The position numbers and the translations under genes are program-made. Below are positions 1 through 12,897 of a stretch of 61,609 nt of DNA, in pieces. Source of the DNA: Dendrobates tinctorius (taxonomy: Eukaryota). The notes under the pieces are model-generated. The model worked only from the letters and a program-made list of their open reading frames with translations. It was not told where the DNA came from and ran no database searches. Each line of letters opens with the position of its first letter. The first letter of the stretch is position 1. Where the stretch lies: NCBI RefSeq assembly GCF_039654945.1, contig NW_027361677.1, positions 4,838,392-4,900,000 on the forward strand. The letters run 5' to 3'.

Positions 1-1190
1 ATTAGGTACACCTGTCCAACTGTGTGTTAAGACTTAATTTCTAATCAGCCAATCACATGGCGGCAACTCAGTGCATTTAGGCATGTAGACATGGTCAAGA
101 CAATCTCCTGCAGTTCAAACCGAGCATCAGTATGGGGAAGAAAGGTGATTTGAGTGCCTTTGAACGTGGCATGATTGTTGGTGCCAGAAGGGCTGGTCTG
201 AGTATTTCAGAAACTGCTGATCTACTGGGATTTTCACGCACAACCATCTCTAGGGTTTACAGAGAATGGTCCGAAAAAGAAAAAAAATCCAGTGAGCGGC
301 AGTTCTGTGGCCGGAAATGCCTTGTTGATGCCAGAGGTCAGAGGAGAATGGGCAGACTGGTTCGAGCTGATAGAAAGGCAACAGTGACTCAAATTGCCAC
401 CCGTTACAACCAAGGTAGGCAGAAGAGCATCTCTGAACGCACAGTGCGTCGAACTTTGAGGCAGATGGGCTACAGCAGCAGAAGACCACACTGGGTACCA
501 CTCCTCTCAGCTAAGAACAGGAAACTGAGGCTACAATTTGCACAAGCTCATCGAAATTGGACAGTAGAAGATTGGAAAAACGTTGCCTGGTCTGATGAGT
601 CTCGATTTCTGCTGCGACATTCGGATGGTAGGGTCAGAATTTGGCGTAAACAACATGAAAGCATGGATCCATCCTGCCTTGTATCAACGGTTCAGGCTGG
701 TGGTGGTGGTGTCATGGTGTGGGGAATTTTTTCTGGGCACTCTTTGGGCCCCTTGGTACCAATTGAGCATCGTTGCAACGCCACAGCCTACCTGAGTATT
801 GTTGCTGACCATGTCCATCCCTTTATGACCACAATGTACCCAACATCTGATGGCTACTTTCAGCAGGATAATGCGCCATGTCATAAAGCTCGAATCATCT
901 CAGATTGGTTTCTTGAACATGACAATGAGTTTACTGTACTCAAATGGCCTCCTCAGTCACCAGATCTCAATCCAATAGAGCATCTTTGGGATGTGGTGGA
1001 ACGGGAGATTCGCATCAGGGATGTGCAGCCGACAAATCTGCGCCAACTGTGTGATGCCATCATGTCAATATGGTCCAAAATCTCTGAGGAATGCTTCCAG
1101 CACCTTGTTGAATCTCTGCCACGAAGAATTGAGGCAGTTCTGAAGGCAAAAGGGGGTCCAACCCCTTACTAGCATGGTGTACCTAATAAA
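1..1190 (+). mobile_element. Tc1/Incomer DNA transposon copy 1 (left TIR cut by window edge, right TIR lacking its outer ~14 bp)
   Basis: ATTAGGTACACC at 1-12 and GGTGTACCTAATAAA at 1176-1190. Near-identical to the copy at 15637-16535, which shows the full TIR. Confidence 0.9.
132..1172 (+). CDS. Intact Tc1-like transposase, DD36E (Incomer-type), 346 aa
   Basis: Paired-like HTH N-terminus and WSDESRF / QQDNAPCH / SPDLNPIE motifs, with 36 residues between the second D and the E. No stops or frameshifts. Confidence 0.93.
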   Translation: MGKKGDLSAFERGMIVGARRAGLSISETADLLGFSRTTISRVYREWSEKEKKSSERQFCGRKCLVDARGQRRMGRLVRADRKATVTQIATRYNQGRQKSISERTVRRTLRQMGYSSRRPHWVPLLSAKNRKLRLQFAQAHRNWTVEDWKNVAWSDESRFLLRHSDGRVRIWRKQHESMDPSCLVSTVQAGGGGVMVWGIFSGHSLGPLVPIEHRCNATAYLSIVADHVHPFMTTMYPTSDGYFQQDNAPCHKARIISDWFLEHDNEFTVLKWPPQSPDLNPIEHLWDVVEREIRIRDVQPTNLRQLCDAIMSIWSKISEECFQHLVESLPRRIEAVLKAKGGPTPY

Positions 1191-1194
1191 CCGT

Positions 1195-1403
1195 TGCCCA
1201 TACTTTTGCACTGGTCAAATTTTGTTAAAATACAGATTGCACATTTTCTGTTAGTACAATAAACCTCATTTGAATCCAGAAATATAACTGAGTCCATCAG
1301 TTATTAGATATATGAAACTGAAATAGCTGTTGCAAAAACCAAAATTGTTATAAAGAAAAAAGGTTAACATTAATAGGGGTGCCCAAACTTTAACATATGA
1401 CTG
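1195..1403. mobile_element. Terminal IR (~210 bp) of a second Tc1 IR/DR family, ending ...CATATGACTG|TA
   Basis: Nearly identical to 24652-24860; followed by TA and a TA-rich microsatellite. Confidence 0.85.
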
Positions 1404-1660
1404 TATGTATGTATATGTATGTATATATATATATTCTAATATATCTGTGCTCCAAGCAAAATATCTTGTTTGCACTCAATACTATAGTGATAAAAACTCT
1501 GACTTGCCACCAAAGGGTCCAGTCTAAATTCTGGCTCACGACCAGTAGTCTTCTACACACACCTCAGTTCAAATATAACCCATCAGCTGGAGCGTACATA
1601 GAAATCGTGCCCCCCACTCCCCGAAAAAAACCTTAGTTTTCAAAGACCTGCTTCTATCTG

Positions 1661-2120
1661 CAGTCATGGCCAAAAGTGTTGGCACCTTTGAAATTGTTCC
1701 AGAAAATGAAGTATTTCTCCCAGAAAATTATTGCAGATACACATGTTTATCCCCTTTGTGTGTATTGGAACAGCACAAAAAAAAATAAGGAAAAAAAAAT
1801 ACGTAATTTCACGTACAACACCAAAAATGTGCCAGACAAAATTGCTGCCACCTTTCCAACATTGTGGGTAAATAACTTTGTTCCAATCATGCGATGCTCG
1901 TTCAAACTCACCTGTGGCAAGTAACAGGTGTGGGCAATATGAAAATCACACCTGAAACCAGATAAAAAGGGGAGAAGTTGACTCAGTCTTTGTATTGTGT
2001 ATCTGTGTGTGCCACACTGAGCATGGAGAACAGACAGAGGAGTAGAGAACTGTCTGAGGACTCGAAAAATACAATTGTTGAACGATATCAACAATGTCAA
2101 GGTTACAAGTCCATCTCAAA
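1661..2120 (+). mobile_element. Truncated left end of a Tc1-like element with a transposase N-terminus remnant
   Basis: CAGTCATGGCCAAAAGTGTTGGCACC terminus; MENRQRSRELSEDSKNTIVERYQQCQGYKSIS from ~2023. Confidence 0.7.
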
Positions 2121-3025
2121 CACGTGAAGAGAGAGGATTGCGCTTCAGACTGTTACCCCTTAGCAAAAACCAAAGAGTTGCCCAATGATTCCTCCTAACA
2201 GCTAACAATCCAGAAGGAAACACGAGAGTTTTTTGTTTTTAAAATGGAAGTAAACTATTCCACGTCAACACGTCTCCTACTCACGTGCAAAACTGTTCAA
2301 GGAGCGATCAGTATAACAGTGTCTTGTGTCCAGTAAAGAAGTTTATTAGATACTTTTTAAGAAGTTTTATTATTTCTTAGAAGTAATTTAATGAGTGTAA
2401 AATTGGTCCCCAGGTAGTGAAGGGTGAATGTCTTGTGTGACGGTTCTGGCTGAAGCAGCTGGGAAGTATCTCTGGAAGCTGGCCTGGTTATGGAAAGTTC
2501 ACTTTCTAAGACCTCTAAGAACCTATTGCCAAAAACACGGATTTTGGCAAAGAAAATCCAATTTTCCTATGTTTAATATTTTTCTGCAGTTTATAAAATT
2601 CACAAGTTTCTGAAAAAATAAAAAAAAATACCGGATGGGGCTCAATTCATGGCACATAAGGTTCTACATGTTCAGTGGAATATGATCTATGTAGAATATA
2701 ATCTTACCGAGGAACAATGAGCGTTTATTTTCCAGGTCTGGGGATTATAACCAAAGTGTGAACTTTATGGATGTCTGAGAGCGGGAGGGCTTGGAGTCTG
2801 CCAATCCTTGCTAGTTTCTCCAGGAAATGGATTCCTATTACCTGGATTTATCAGAAATGATTGTCCTTTTGAGACTTGTGTCCTATGCCCAATGGACGCT
2901 TTCCATAGGGCTTAGAATAAATGTGTCAGTATTAGGATTATATGAATGCTTTTTGATGATGAGCAGCCATTTGTATTTGGTTATAGAGAAGGTTGTTGGC
3001 TTTGCATTTTCTCCTGTCAAATAGT

Positions 3026-3117
3026 AGCGTCCCTCTCAGTAATACATGCTGGATGGTAGTGTCCCTCAGTAATACATGCTGGATGGGAGTGTCCCTCTCA
3101 GTAATATATGCTGGATG
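3026..3117. repeat. ~30-bp tandem repeat x3
   Basis: GTCCCTCTCAGTAATACATGCTGGATGG repeated three times. Confidence 0.8.
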
Positions 3118-3254
3118 TGAGGTCTATGTCTTTCCAGGTTACTGCTGACTTTATTGCTCTCATATGTCAGCAGGTCTTCATTTCTTTCCCATTTTAATTA
3201 TTTAATTTAAGAAGCTTGTGTCCTAACTTTTGGCATGCTCGAAAAAAACGCTTG

Positions 3255-3390
3255 AGTCGCCGCGGCTGCATGTCTCTGGCTGTTCGACAGCCACAGCACA
3301 TGCAGGGATTGTCTAACAGGAAAACCTTGTATGTGTTGCGGCATGTGTTGCAGCTGTTGAACAGCCGGGAGACATGCAGCCATGGCGACT
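3255..3390. repeat. Palindromic MITE core (hairpin)
   Basis: AGTCGCCGCGGCTGCATGTCTC...GAGACATGCAGCCATGGCGACT inverted arms. Confidence 0.6.
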
Positions 3391-4378
3391 ATCCATGATA
3401 TCTTGCTGCAGCGGTTCTCTGACCGCTTAAAAACTGTTTAAGATGATGTGCACACGACGTAATTTAAACTTGGATGAACCCATCAAGCTTTTCAAGAAGA
3501 AGACACTTCAGAAAACTCTGGAGTTTTCTTTGTTTTTTTTTCATGAAGTGTCTTTTTGTGAAATGTTTTCAATCTTTTCCTAAGCGTTTTTCCAATGGTT
3601 TTGGCCACTAGTGGGTTTTTTGGAGCGTTCTCCTATGGATTTTGTGACTTCTTTTTTTACTGTAATTTTACGGTCGTGTTTTTTTTTTTTTCACTCCATT
3701 GAATAATGAAGAAACCGCCTGAGAGTTTTTAAGCAAAAAACAATAGAAAAATGCTAAGGAAAAAAAAAGTCTTCTGGGAAAATTTGGGCTTTCTTATTGA
3801 TTTGTATTGAAAATTACAGAGCATCTTTACTAGTGGAAAAAAAAGAAAAATGGAAGTGTTCCTTCTTTTAACCGCTTGGCGGTTTTTGAAACTGGAAATG
3901 GTTATAAGACGTTGAAAAGCCTGAACATATGAACAGAAAGTTGATTTTACATAGAATGCACATGTTCTTTCTTTTGAGCCCTTTTTACAAGGTTTTTCAG
4001 GCAGTTTCCGCAGCGGAATCTGCTTCAAAAAAGACGTCGGGTGCACATATCCTGATAAACTTTGGGGGGTGGATTTATTACTCAACTTGCACGAGTTTTC
4101 TGACTCTTTTTAGGTTTTAGATAATTTTTTTTTTAAGAGGCCTATATCCCATTTTACAGGGCCATACTCCAGACTAAGACCTCCATACCAAATACAGGTC
4201 CTCAGTCCATTCTCCCCCTTGTGTATTAATTCCTCACTCTTCAATAACAAACAAATGTCTTGAAAATGGTGCAGAGCTGAAACACAAATCATTCTCTTCT
4301 GTTGCTTTTGGTGTTACACCATATTTTCAATAAAATGACACACCTAAAATCATAGATAAAAAAAAAAAAAATAACTTG

Positions 4379-4455
4379 TTAAAGGGATTTTCTCATGATG
4401 TATCTCCAGGAGTACGATGAGGTGTTGGAGATACATCATGAGAAAACCCCTTTAA
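4379..4455. mobile_element. Minimal T2/Kolobok-type MITE hairpin with TTAA TSD
   Basis: TTAA-AGGGATTTTCTCATGATGTATCTCCA...TGGAGATACATCATGAGAAAACCCCT-TTAA. Confidence 0.75.
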
Positions 4456-4622
4456 GAAATATTTTTTTTCTTGAAGCTTGACAATTCAGACCAGAGCCAT
4501 GGTAATCTTTATTTTTTTTTTGGACTGAACTGGGCCCTCTCCAGGCATCTAACAGAAGCATCTTTGACTCTACAGGTTTGGGGGTTACCTGCCATCTTCA
4601 GAGCTATGCAAGCAGACTGTAA

Positions 4623-4922
4623 GGCTATGTGCACACGTAGATTTTCCTCCTGTGGATTTTTCCGCGCAGATTTGAAGAAATCCGCTGGTCAAATGACCTG
4701 CATTTTTCCTGCGGATTTCTTCCTGTTTTTGTGCGGTTTTCCCCCTGTGGATTTGGAGAATGGAGCAGGTGGAAAACCGCACAAAAGAAGTGACATGCTG
4801 CATTTTTTGTACCGCACGGAAAAAAACGCAGCGTCTGCACAGCGTTTTTTTTTTATTGATTTACATTGTACTGTAAATCACTTTGCGGATCCGCAGGAAA
4901 AATGCATCGTGTGCACATGGCC
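4623..4922. mobile_element. PIF/Harbinger-type MITE, TAA TSD
   Basis: TAA-GGCTATGTGCACACG...CGTGTGCACATGGCC-TAA. Confidence 0.8.
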
Positions 4923-4965
4923 TAAAGCATGAAACCTGCTAGTGATGCCTGCTCTTTACCTAGAC

Positions 4966-5558
4966 TGTCACGCAGGTGTCACGTCCCCCTGGAAGACATG
5001 GAGTTAGACAGTCGGGTAACGAATCGCAGGTCTTTAGAGATGGTGTGATTTGTGTCCCATATTAAATGGATTTAGTTTCCTTTGGTGGTGAAGAGGTTAA
5101 CAGCTCTTTATATGCTGGTCAGAAACATGCAGCTCCATTTCAGCTGCTTCTGATCTGGTCATTAGTGCTTCCTATATAAACTGGTCAAATCTTCTTATCC
5201 CTGCCGGTGAAAGAGTAGTCTTCCTGTGCTGTGTGCTAAAGCTAAGTGGTTGGAATAAAGTTGTTGCAGTAGTGTTCTATTGTTTGCTCTAGTACATGTG
5301 TGTTTATCTCCTAGTCCTTGTTCCTATTTAGTTTATTCCTCCCTGTCCCTATCCTCTTCCCTATTGTTGTTTAGGGCTTTTGTATGATGGAGGTTTTCTG
5401 TTATTCCAGTTTTGTCTTTGTGTCTTGTTTCCCTTACATTTCTTCCCCATGCATCATGTATTGTGGGGAGGGGGACAGATCAGGGTTTTACAGGAACGTA
5501 GTAAGGTCGGAGACTCGGGCCACTTAACCTCCTTACCGAAGACCATCATAGCTTCACA
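4966..5558 (+). mobile_element. Probable solo LTR (Gypsy-like)
   Basis: Begins TGTCACG, has TATAAA (~5175), AATAAA (~5254) and a T-rich U5-like tail; no clean TSD. Confidence 0.4.
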
Positions 5559-7887
5559 TAGTTAACGGGCCATTTTAAGACAGCAGGCACACTGCAAAAC
5601 TAAAAGTCCCCCCATTCTTGAAAATGGGGAGGGTTTTTAATGAGAAGTATAATGCAAAAAGTTGCTTGTTTTTGCAAGCTCTTTGCAATTTTATCCATTT
5701 AAGAACTTGAGACGACCCCTTGAAGTCAGTCGTCTGTAACCTTTAGCTATTCAGTTCACGTAAATCTGTCTCCCAGTTTCAGAACAGCTGGAGAGCCGCA
5801 GGTTGCAAACTAAAGCCTTAAGGAATAAACCTCTGACTCGGGAGGATTTCTATTTCCTGTTGTCGCTTTTTTTTTTTTTTTTTTGTGCATCACATATTTT
5901 ACTAATAAAAGCAGCATCTGTCGGAGAGTATCGTCCTTAAAACAGGTCAAGATAAAAAAAAAAAGTGCACTGGAATATTTGCTGGAATTAATTAAATATG
6001 CAGAAGTGCATTATATAGCTGTAGATTATTCTTACAAAATGGCGTTTTCATTGCACAAGTGTCTGCATGTATTTATATACATGAATCTCATGCAGAACAG
6101 ATGACTGGACCGTGCGTTCCGTATGGGGGGAAATAAAAAATTCTTTTATTTTTCTTTACCTATTTTTTTTTTTTTTTTTTGCGGCTTTTTGGCACCAAAA
6201 ATGCTTTTCCAAATCGCTAAAAGTTTTGCCAAATTGAAAATTCCTTTCGGAACCTTACTCCAGTCAGGGACTGGAGTTAGACGTGGAACAAACAAACTAA
6301 GCCATTCAGTAAAAATTGCAGCTCATGAAACAGGCTAAAATTTAAAAATAAACAGGAAAAAAAAAGAAAGCTTCCAAAATGGTGCAAATGTTATAAAGAA
6401 TAAAGTGCAAATACTAAATAAGGAGCAAAAAGTGGAGAAACAACAATGATAAATTGGGGCCAATATCTCTTCTGGAACTGAGAAATAAGATGTCCCCAGG
6501 GAGTGAAATGTTCATCTGGTTGACGAGACACAGACTGAGCCTCCAGGACGTTTTGTAACTTTCCATGCGCTCGGTTACATTATTATCAGATTCTTCAAAG
6601 GAAACTTAAGCATGAAAGCGTTGCTATAACTCAGGTGGAGTAGCTTTTTGTATTGTTTTAGTGCCTGGATAAAAAGACAAAATCTACGTATTAAATATTT
6701 CCAAAGAAGGATCCACCGTAACCTAAGTGGCCCAATCCTGCTGTCATTTTCCCTTCATTCTGTCTCCTAATACTAGATAATGTAGAAACAGAGACCTTGA
6801 TTTCAGTGATGTGTCACTTACTAGTCTGCTTGCTACAGTTTTGATAAAATCAGCAGGAGATTATCACTGGAGGACTAGTAAACCTGCTGCTGTGTAGTCT
6901 CACCACGCCCCCGTTGCTGATTGGCAGCTTTCAGTGTACGCCAATCAGTGATTTGGGCGGGGTTATACAGAGCTCAGCATTAAGAGAACTGCTAGATCTG
7001 CAGCAGAGGGATTTTTATCAAAAGTTGCTGGAATCAGGGTCTTTGCCTGTACATCATGCTGCTCTCAGATGGCCAAAAACGTGGTGACAGATTCCCTTTA
7101 AATTCCATTTTTGTATAAGATTTGCTCCAGAATTTGAACCATAAAAATTATGTCTTGAAATCCAGATATAGTGTCCTCCCTTACTGTAGATAATGAAGCA
7201 ATGCGTATATAACCTACTTCCCGCACTGACATCATGGAGCTGATTTGCAACAAGCTTCTAATCTGTGGAGCATTTTTTTTTTCACAATCAACATGATACG
7301 TGACACAGAGCCATAAAAGATCGACTGAAGTGGAAATTATTCATCTGCTCCATGAGTATAATATGACTCTGGATTTATGCCAGATTTTTTGGCAACTATA
7401 GAATCCCCTAACAGAAGGGGACACTGCAGTCAATCGAGCACCCAATCCTGAAGATTTCACTCCTCGAAATGTCGCAGTCAATGAGCCTCAATTCTTTAGA
7501 TAAGCGAGTATACAGAATTGTTTTCCTTTTGGCAAAAAAAAGAACTTTGAGCCTTTTTTATTCATTTTTAGTAGAATAAGAGAAAGATCTAACAGTTCTT
7601 CGGAACATTGGATCATTCAAAAGTTTTGCCAAGTTTTTCTGGCTGATGAAAAGTTTGATAGATGAGTCGAAATGTGAGGCAAGAGTTAAAGTGCTACTCT
7701 GAATTAAGTGCATTATTTGGGCGTCCGGTTGTAAATGGAATCTGTCGTGTTATAAAATGGTCTGTGATTCTGCAGGCGTCAGGTTATAGAGCAGAAGGAG
7801 ATGATCAGATTGATATATATTTTTGTGGAAGAGGTTTCAGTAAAACTTGTATTTTATTCATTGAAATCACTGGTGTTTGTATACATG

Positions 7888-8184
7888 AGTCCGGTAGGCG
7901 GTCCCTATATACAACCGAGTCCAGTAGGCGGTCCCTATGTAATCCAAGTGCAGTAGGCGGTCCCTATGTAATCCAAGTGCAGTAGGCGGTCCCTATGTAA
8001 TCCGAGTGCGGTAGGCGGTCCCTATATACAACCGAGTCCAGTAGGTGGTCCCTATGTAATCCAAGTGCAGTAGGCGGTCCCTATGTAATCCAAGTGCAGT
8101 AGGCGGTCCCTATGTAATCCGAGTCCGGTAGGCGGTCCCTATGTAATCCGAGTCTGGTAGGCGGTCCCTATATACATCCGAGTC
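7888..8184. repeat. 29-30-bp minisatellite, ~10 copies
   Basis: GTAGGCGGTCCCTATGTAATCCAAGTGCA-type units. Confidence 0.9.
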
Positions 8185-8567
8185 AATTGTGCGGTCCTAC
8201 TGATGACTGACAGTCTTCCCTTTATGACTTCAAGTAGAGATAACTGTCAATCACTTGTAGGACCACCCACTACTCTGCTCTCACATGCTTTACACTGCAG
8301 TGCTGATTGTTTAGATTGACAATTGCAACAAGAGTGTCAAAGAAACATTGATAAATCTACGTCTGGTAATTTTTCAAAATAATCAGTCCTTTGTGTATAT
8401 GAGGAATGACACTTTCTGGCCATGTATCCGGCGTTTCTCACAAATTTCCCCTCTGCAGACGATATCTAATTTTCAGTCGTCTCTGAGCTAGTGGGAGACA
8501 ACTAGCGAGCTGACTTGGGAGCATGATGATGGTACTGTAAAATTGACCTATAATGCATTATTAAAGA

Positions 8568-9070
8568 TTAAAGGGGGCATCCAGGATACTGTAAGTTATT
8601 ATTTTTACTATGGGTCTAAGAACTATCAGGCAGAGGTAGTTCCTAACTACCTGCCTGTTGTACCCGGAGCTGATCTCTTCCGGCGCAGAATGGTCATTGA
8701 TCGCTGCTGTCAGCGATTCAGTGGCTTCCCTGACATCGTATCAATAGAGCAGCAGCTTCTCTTCCACTCTGCTCTGTTGGCGGGGCGCGATTGCTGACGT
8801 CATGCAGATTGACAGCTGGCTCCCCACTGCCTAACTGCAGGGAGCTGGCTGTCACTCAGCATGACGTCGGCAGTCACGCCTCATCAACAGAGCAGCCGGG
8901 AAAAAGAAGAGCTCCTCTGTTGACGCAGAGCAGCTGAATCACCGGCAGGAGCAGTCAGTGACCACTCGGAGCCGGCGCCGGCTAAAATAGGCAGATAGTT
9001 GCCTCTGTTAGCTTTTAGGCCCATAGTAAAAAAAAAAAAAAAAATTAGTCCTGCTTCTTAGGCAATCCCT
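8568..9070. mobile_element. Degenerate T2-type palindromic MITE
   Basis: TTAAAGGGGGCATCCAGG start; inverted arms centred near 8830. Confidence 0.55.
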
Positions 9071-9342
9071 GTATGTGACATTTTTTGTACCAAATTTCTT
9101 CAAAATGGCGCACGTGGTTCAAGAATATTGAAAGTAAAAAAGTCATTATTGTTGTTAACCGTATTGCAAAATGGCGCAAAAATTGTGCACAAAAAAAGCA
9201 CACCCCCAAAAAAAACTGACGTACATAAAATCAAACCTGGAAGGGAATAAAGTACATTTTGGGCAAAAAAAAATTCAATATTTGAAAAGTCGCAAATGAT
9301 GAATCAGCCGAAAACATCTGTGGCAAACGTTTGGGGTTTTCT

Positions 9343-10250
9343 CACACACAAAAAAGTGAGTTAAAAGCAAAACACAATCGATGAACCAGACCCTTAATGT
9401 TTGATTCAATTGACCATAGGGGCAAAAAATGAAAATGGCGCAGTGTCTGATCCATCACACACAAAAAAGTGAGTTAAAAGCAAAACACAATCGATGAACC
9501 AGACCCTTAATGTTTGATTCAATTGACCATAGGGGCAAAAAATGAAAATGGCGCAGTGTCTGATCCATCACACACAAAAAAGTGAGTTAAAAGCAAAACA
9601 CAATCGATGAACCAGACCCTTAATGTTTGATTCAATTGACCATAGGGGCAAAAAATGAAAATGGCGCAGTGTCTGATCCATCACACACAAAAAAGTGAGT
9701 TAAAAGCAAAACACAATCGATGAACCAGACCCTTAATGTTTGATTCAATTGACCATAGGGGCAAAAAATGAAAATGGCGCAGTGTCTGATCCATCACACA
9801 CAAAAAAGTGAGTTAAAAGCAAAACACAATCGATGAACCAGACCCTTAATGTTTGATTCAATTGACCATAGGGGCAAAAAATGAAAATGGCGCAGTGTCT
9901 GATCCATCACACACAAAAAAGTGAGTTAAAAGCAAAACACAATCGATGAACCAGACCCTTAATGTTTGATTCAATTGACCATAGGGGCAAAAAATGAAAA
10001 TGGCGCAGTGTCTGATCCATCACACACAAAAAAGTGAGTTAAAAGCAAAACACAATCGATCAACCAGACCCTTAATGTTTGATTCAATTGACCATAGGGG
10101 CAAAAAATGAAAATGGCGCAGTGTCTGATCCATCACACACAAAAAAGTGAGTTAAAAGCAAAACACAATCGATGAACCAGACCCTTAATGTTTGATTCAA
10201 TTGACCATAGGGGCAAAAAATGAAAATGGCGCAGTGTCTGATCCATCACA
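9343..10250. repeat. 113-bp tandem array, 8 near-identical copies
   Basis: Unit CACACACAAAAAAGTGAG...GTCTGATCCAT recurs at 9343, 9456, 9569, 9682, 9795, 9908, 10021 and 10134; one substitution noticed. Confidence 0.95.
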
Positions 10251-11947
10251 TAACGGAGACCAATACCGCCTGATGGTCACGCCTAGAAAAAAAAAAATAA
10301 TAATTGTTCAACATGCTTGACGGAATCTGCCATGACCCACCGCCTCTTCTTTTCTTACCGGGATTTGAGACTTGGATAGAAGCCAACTTTCTGATCACTG
10401 GGGGTCTAACTGCTGGGACCCCCATCGATACCAGGAACTGGAGCTCTTGACCATGCGCTCTGCCGCTCCATTCATTCCGATGATCGACGCCCAGAAATCA
10501 ACGGCGCTCTCACTAGAATGAATGGCGCGGCAGAGTGCATGATCGACTTCCACTCCATTCGGCGGGGGGCTCTTTAAAGATCGCCAAGGACCATAGTGGT
10601 CGGACCCCAAATGATCATAATGTTATGGAATAGGGGTGACTTTCAAAATTTAGAATACCCAAAGTATCCAACCAGGGGGTTCTAGAATTAGGAGTACAGA
10701 AAGTAATTTCGTTAGGGTCCCTGTGCCACCATATGTGGTGACATTATTTTCTTAACTACTGATACCCATAGTGCTGTAATAGGGTGTCCTAGTAAATGGC
10801 ATGATGCGTCAGTTATGCATTTATCAACTGGCACTTAGCGCACATTTTCTAACCAGTGTGAATGTGGTCTTAGGAACCCCAAACTGGGTTGACTTCAACG
10901 TGTTTCCTCCATTCGATCTGGACATGCTAAATTTCACTCATCACGTATGTCCTCCCCGCCGTTTAACCCATCACCGGATATAGGACTTACCTTCTCATAT
11001 TTCCCAGATTTTCTGCCAGAAGCCGCTCCATGGGCAGCTAGTAACTCCCCAGACCTTGAGTCTCGATCCGTCTGTGATGTGGCAGAAAGCAAGAAGTTCT
11101 GTGCACTTATTTTAGAAAGCTGAAAACTCAGGGGGCCGCCGACGCTAAGCGTTGCTGGATCCCCCACAACGGGGTCTGATTATTTGCCAGGCTGGACATG
11201 ACATGGGAGGGAGATGATGGGGAGGAGAAGGGCACTTAAAGTGGCAGATGTCCCATTGCTGCTCCATACAGGACCCTTCTGGGGCTTTTGTTTCCTTTGT
11301 GCGAAGCTTTTTTCTCCGCGCTGCCAAATAATCACATCTGGATTTCCTTCAATCTGTACATTCCATAAGCCTCTCCTCCAGAATAAGAGCCGAGGCTGAG
11401 CCAGACGGCCAGAGGCAGGACCGGACTTGTGCAGAACACGGCAACTTCACATGTGTCTTATGTCAAGTGGCAGAATACAGCTATAGGGGTGCAGATGGAG
11501 AAGTCCCTTCCTTACCCTGGTGACTATAGGTGCCGGCGGTTCCTGTGCCATATAGGACACCAGCAGTATAAGCACACAGGGCTGCATGACCGCAAGCATG
11601 CAATTTTCAGACATGCGGTCACATGCCGACTAGACGTGCTCATTGCAAGTGTATTGAACGACATCGCTCACGTCTAGTAGGAATGTGGCCGGAAGAATGC
11701 GAATCGCATACTTCTGGTTACATGACCACCTGCTCTCGCTGAGGAATCTTCACAAAGTGTGAGAATTCACAAGTCTGCAGTCACAGCCTACAAATCTGCA
11801 GTCACTCTAAGGCTGGACAACCCCTTTAAGTTGCAGGTTTGAGCTACTCAGTAAACCTAGATGGGAAAATAAAAATAAACTTTACCCCGCAGTTAGGGTA
11901 TGCTCACACATAGCGGATTTTTTTTCGACGTGAAAAAATGCAGCTTA

Positions 11948-12446
11948 GGCTAGTTTCTCATTTGCGCTTTTGAGCGCAGCGACGGCCTGCGCACGGCTGC
12001 CACTAAGCCCTGCCCCTTCCGGCTCCCTGCCCGCCCCATCCGGTCATCGCCGCCTACTAGTGCACATGGGCGCTTGCGATCTGCGCACCCTATCTTTAGC
12101 ATAGGGTGCGCAGATCGTGCGCTGGCCGTGCGCTAGCAGGATTTTGCCGTGCGCTGCGCACTTTTGAAGGTGCACCGAGCGCGCCGAAATGCAACATGTT
12201 GCGTTCGGCGCACACGGGCGCACCTTCAAAAGTGCGCAGCGCACGGCAAAATCCTGCTAGCGCACGGCCAGCGCACGATCTGCGCACCCTATGCTAAAGA
12301 TAGGGTGCGCAGATCGCAAGCGTTCTTGTGCGCTAGAAGGCGGCGATGACCGGAAGGGGCGGGCAGGGAGCCGGCAGGGGGTGGGGCTTAGCGGCGGCCG
12401 TGCGCAGGCCGTAGCTGCGCTATAAAGCGTAAATGTGAAACTAGCC
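11948..12446. mobile_element. Near-perfect palindromic Harbinger-type MITE nested in another MITE
   Basis: TTA-GGCTAGTTTC...GAAACTAGCC-TAA; ~250-bp arms centred on GCAACATGTTGC (~12196). Confidence 0.88.
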
Positions 12447-12897
12447 TAAATGGCACGAAAATGTACATTGTGTATTTTTGGTGCATTTTTCATGTGATTT
12501 TTTTTTTTTATGCATGGATTGCAATGGGTAAAAAATTGCATCTAAAACACTGGGAAAAATATTGATATTCTTTTATTTAAAAAAACTTGCATCAAAGCTT
12601 AAAAAGCACAAGGGAAAAAAAAAAGTCTCGTGCTTAAATGCAGCATCTTACAAATCCAGCAAAGTGGATGAAATTCGTAGAGATTCAGTTCTTATGAAGT
12701 TCGCCACACACATAAGATCATTGTTGGCCAGATGCTAGTTTGGCCGACATCTATCTTTCCTGACTGCTACATGCGTTCTTGAATCAGCCAAGCGTCCATG
12801 TTTATATTAATGGGAAGAGGGAAACAAGCTGCTGCAAAAAAACACTTCTGGCAAAAGCATATCCCAAAAACAACAAAGAATTGGACAAGTTAATAGT

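Noticed and set aside
2700-2920. Possible small minus-strand exons with GTAAG/GTAATA donors
   Set aside because: Stops in most frames and no recognisable protein; not supportable.
9343-10250. CRISPR-like array
   Set aside because: Whole units are identical with no unique spacers, and the context is eukaryotic.
12044-12349. Near-identical ORFs on both strands
   Set aside because: A consequence of the palindromic MITE.
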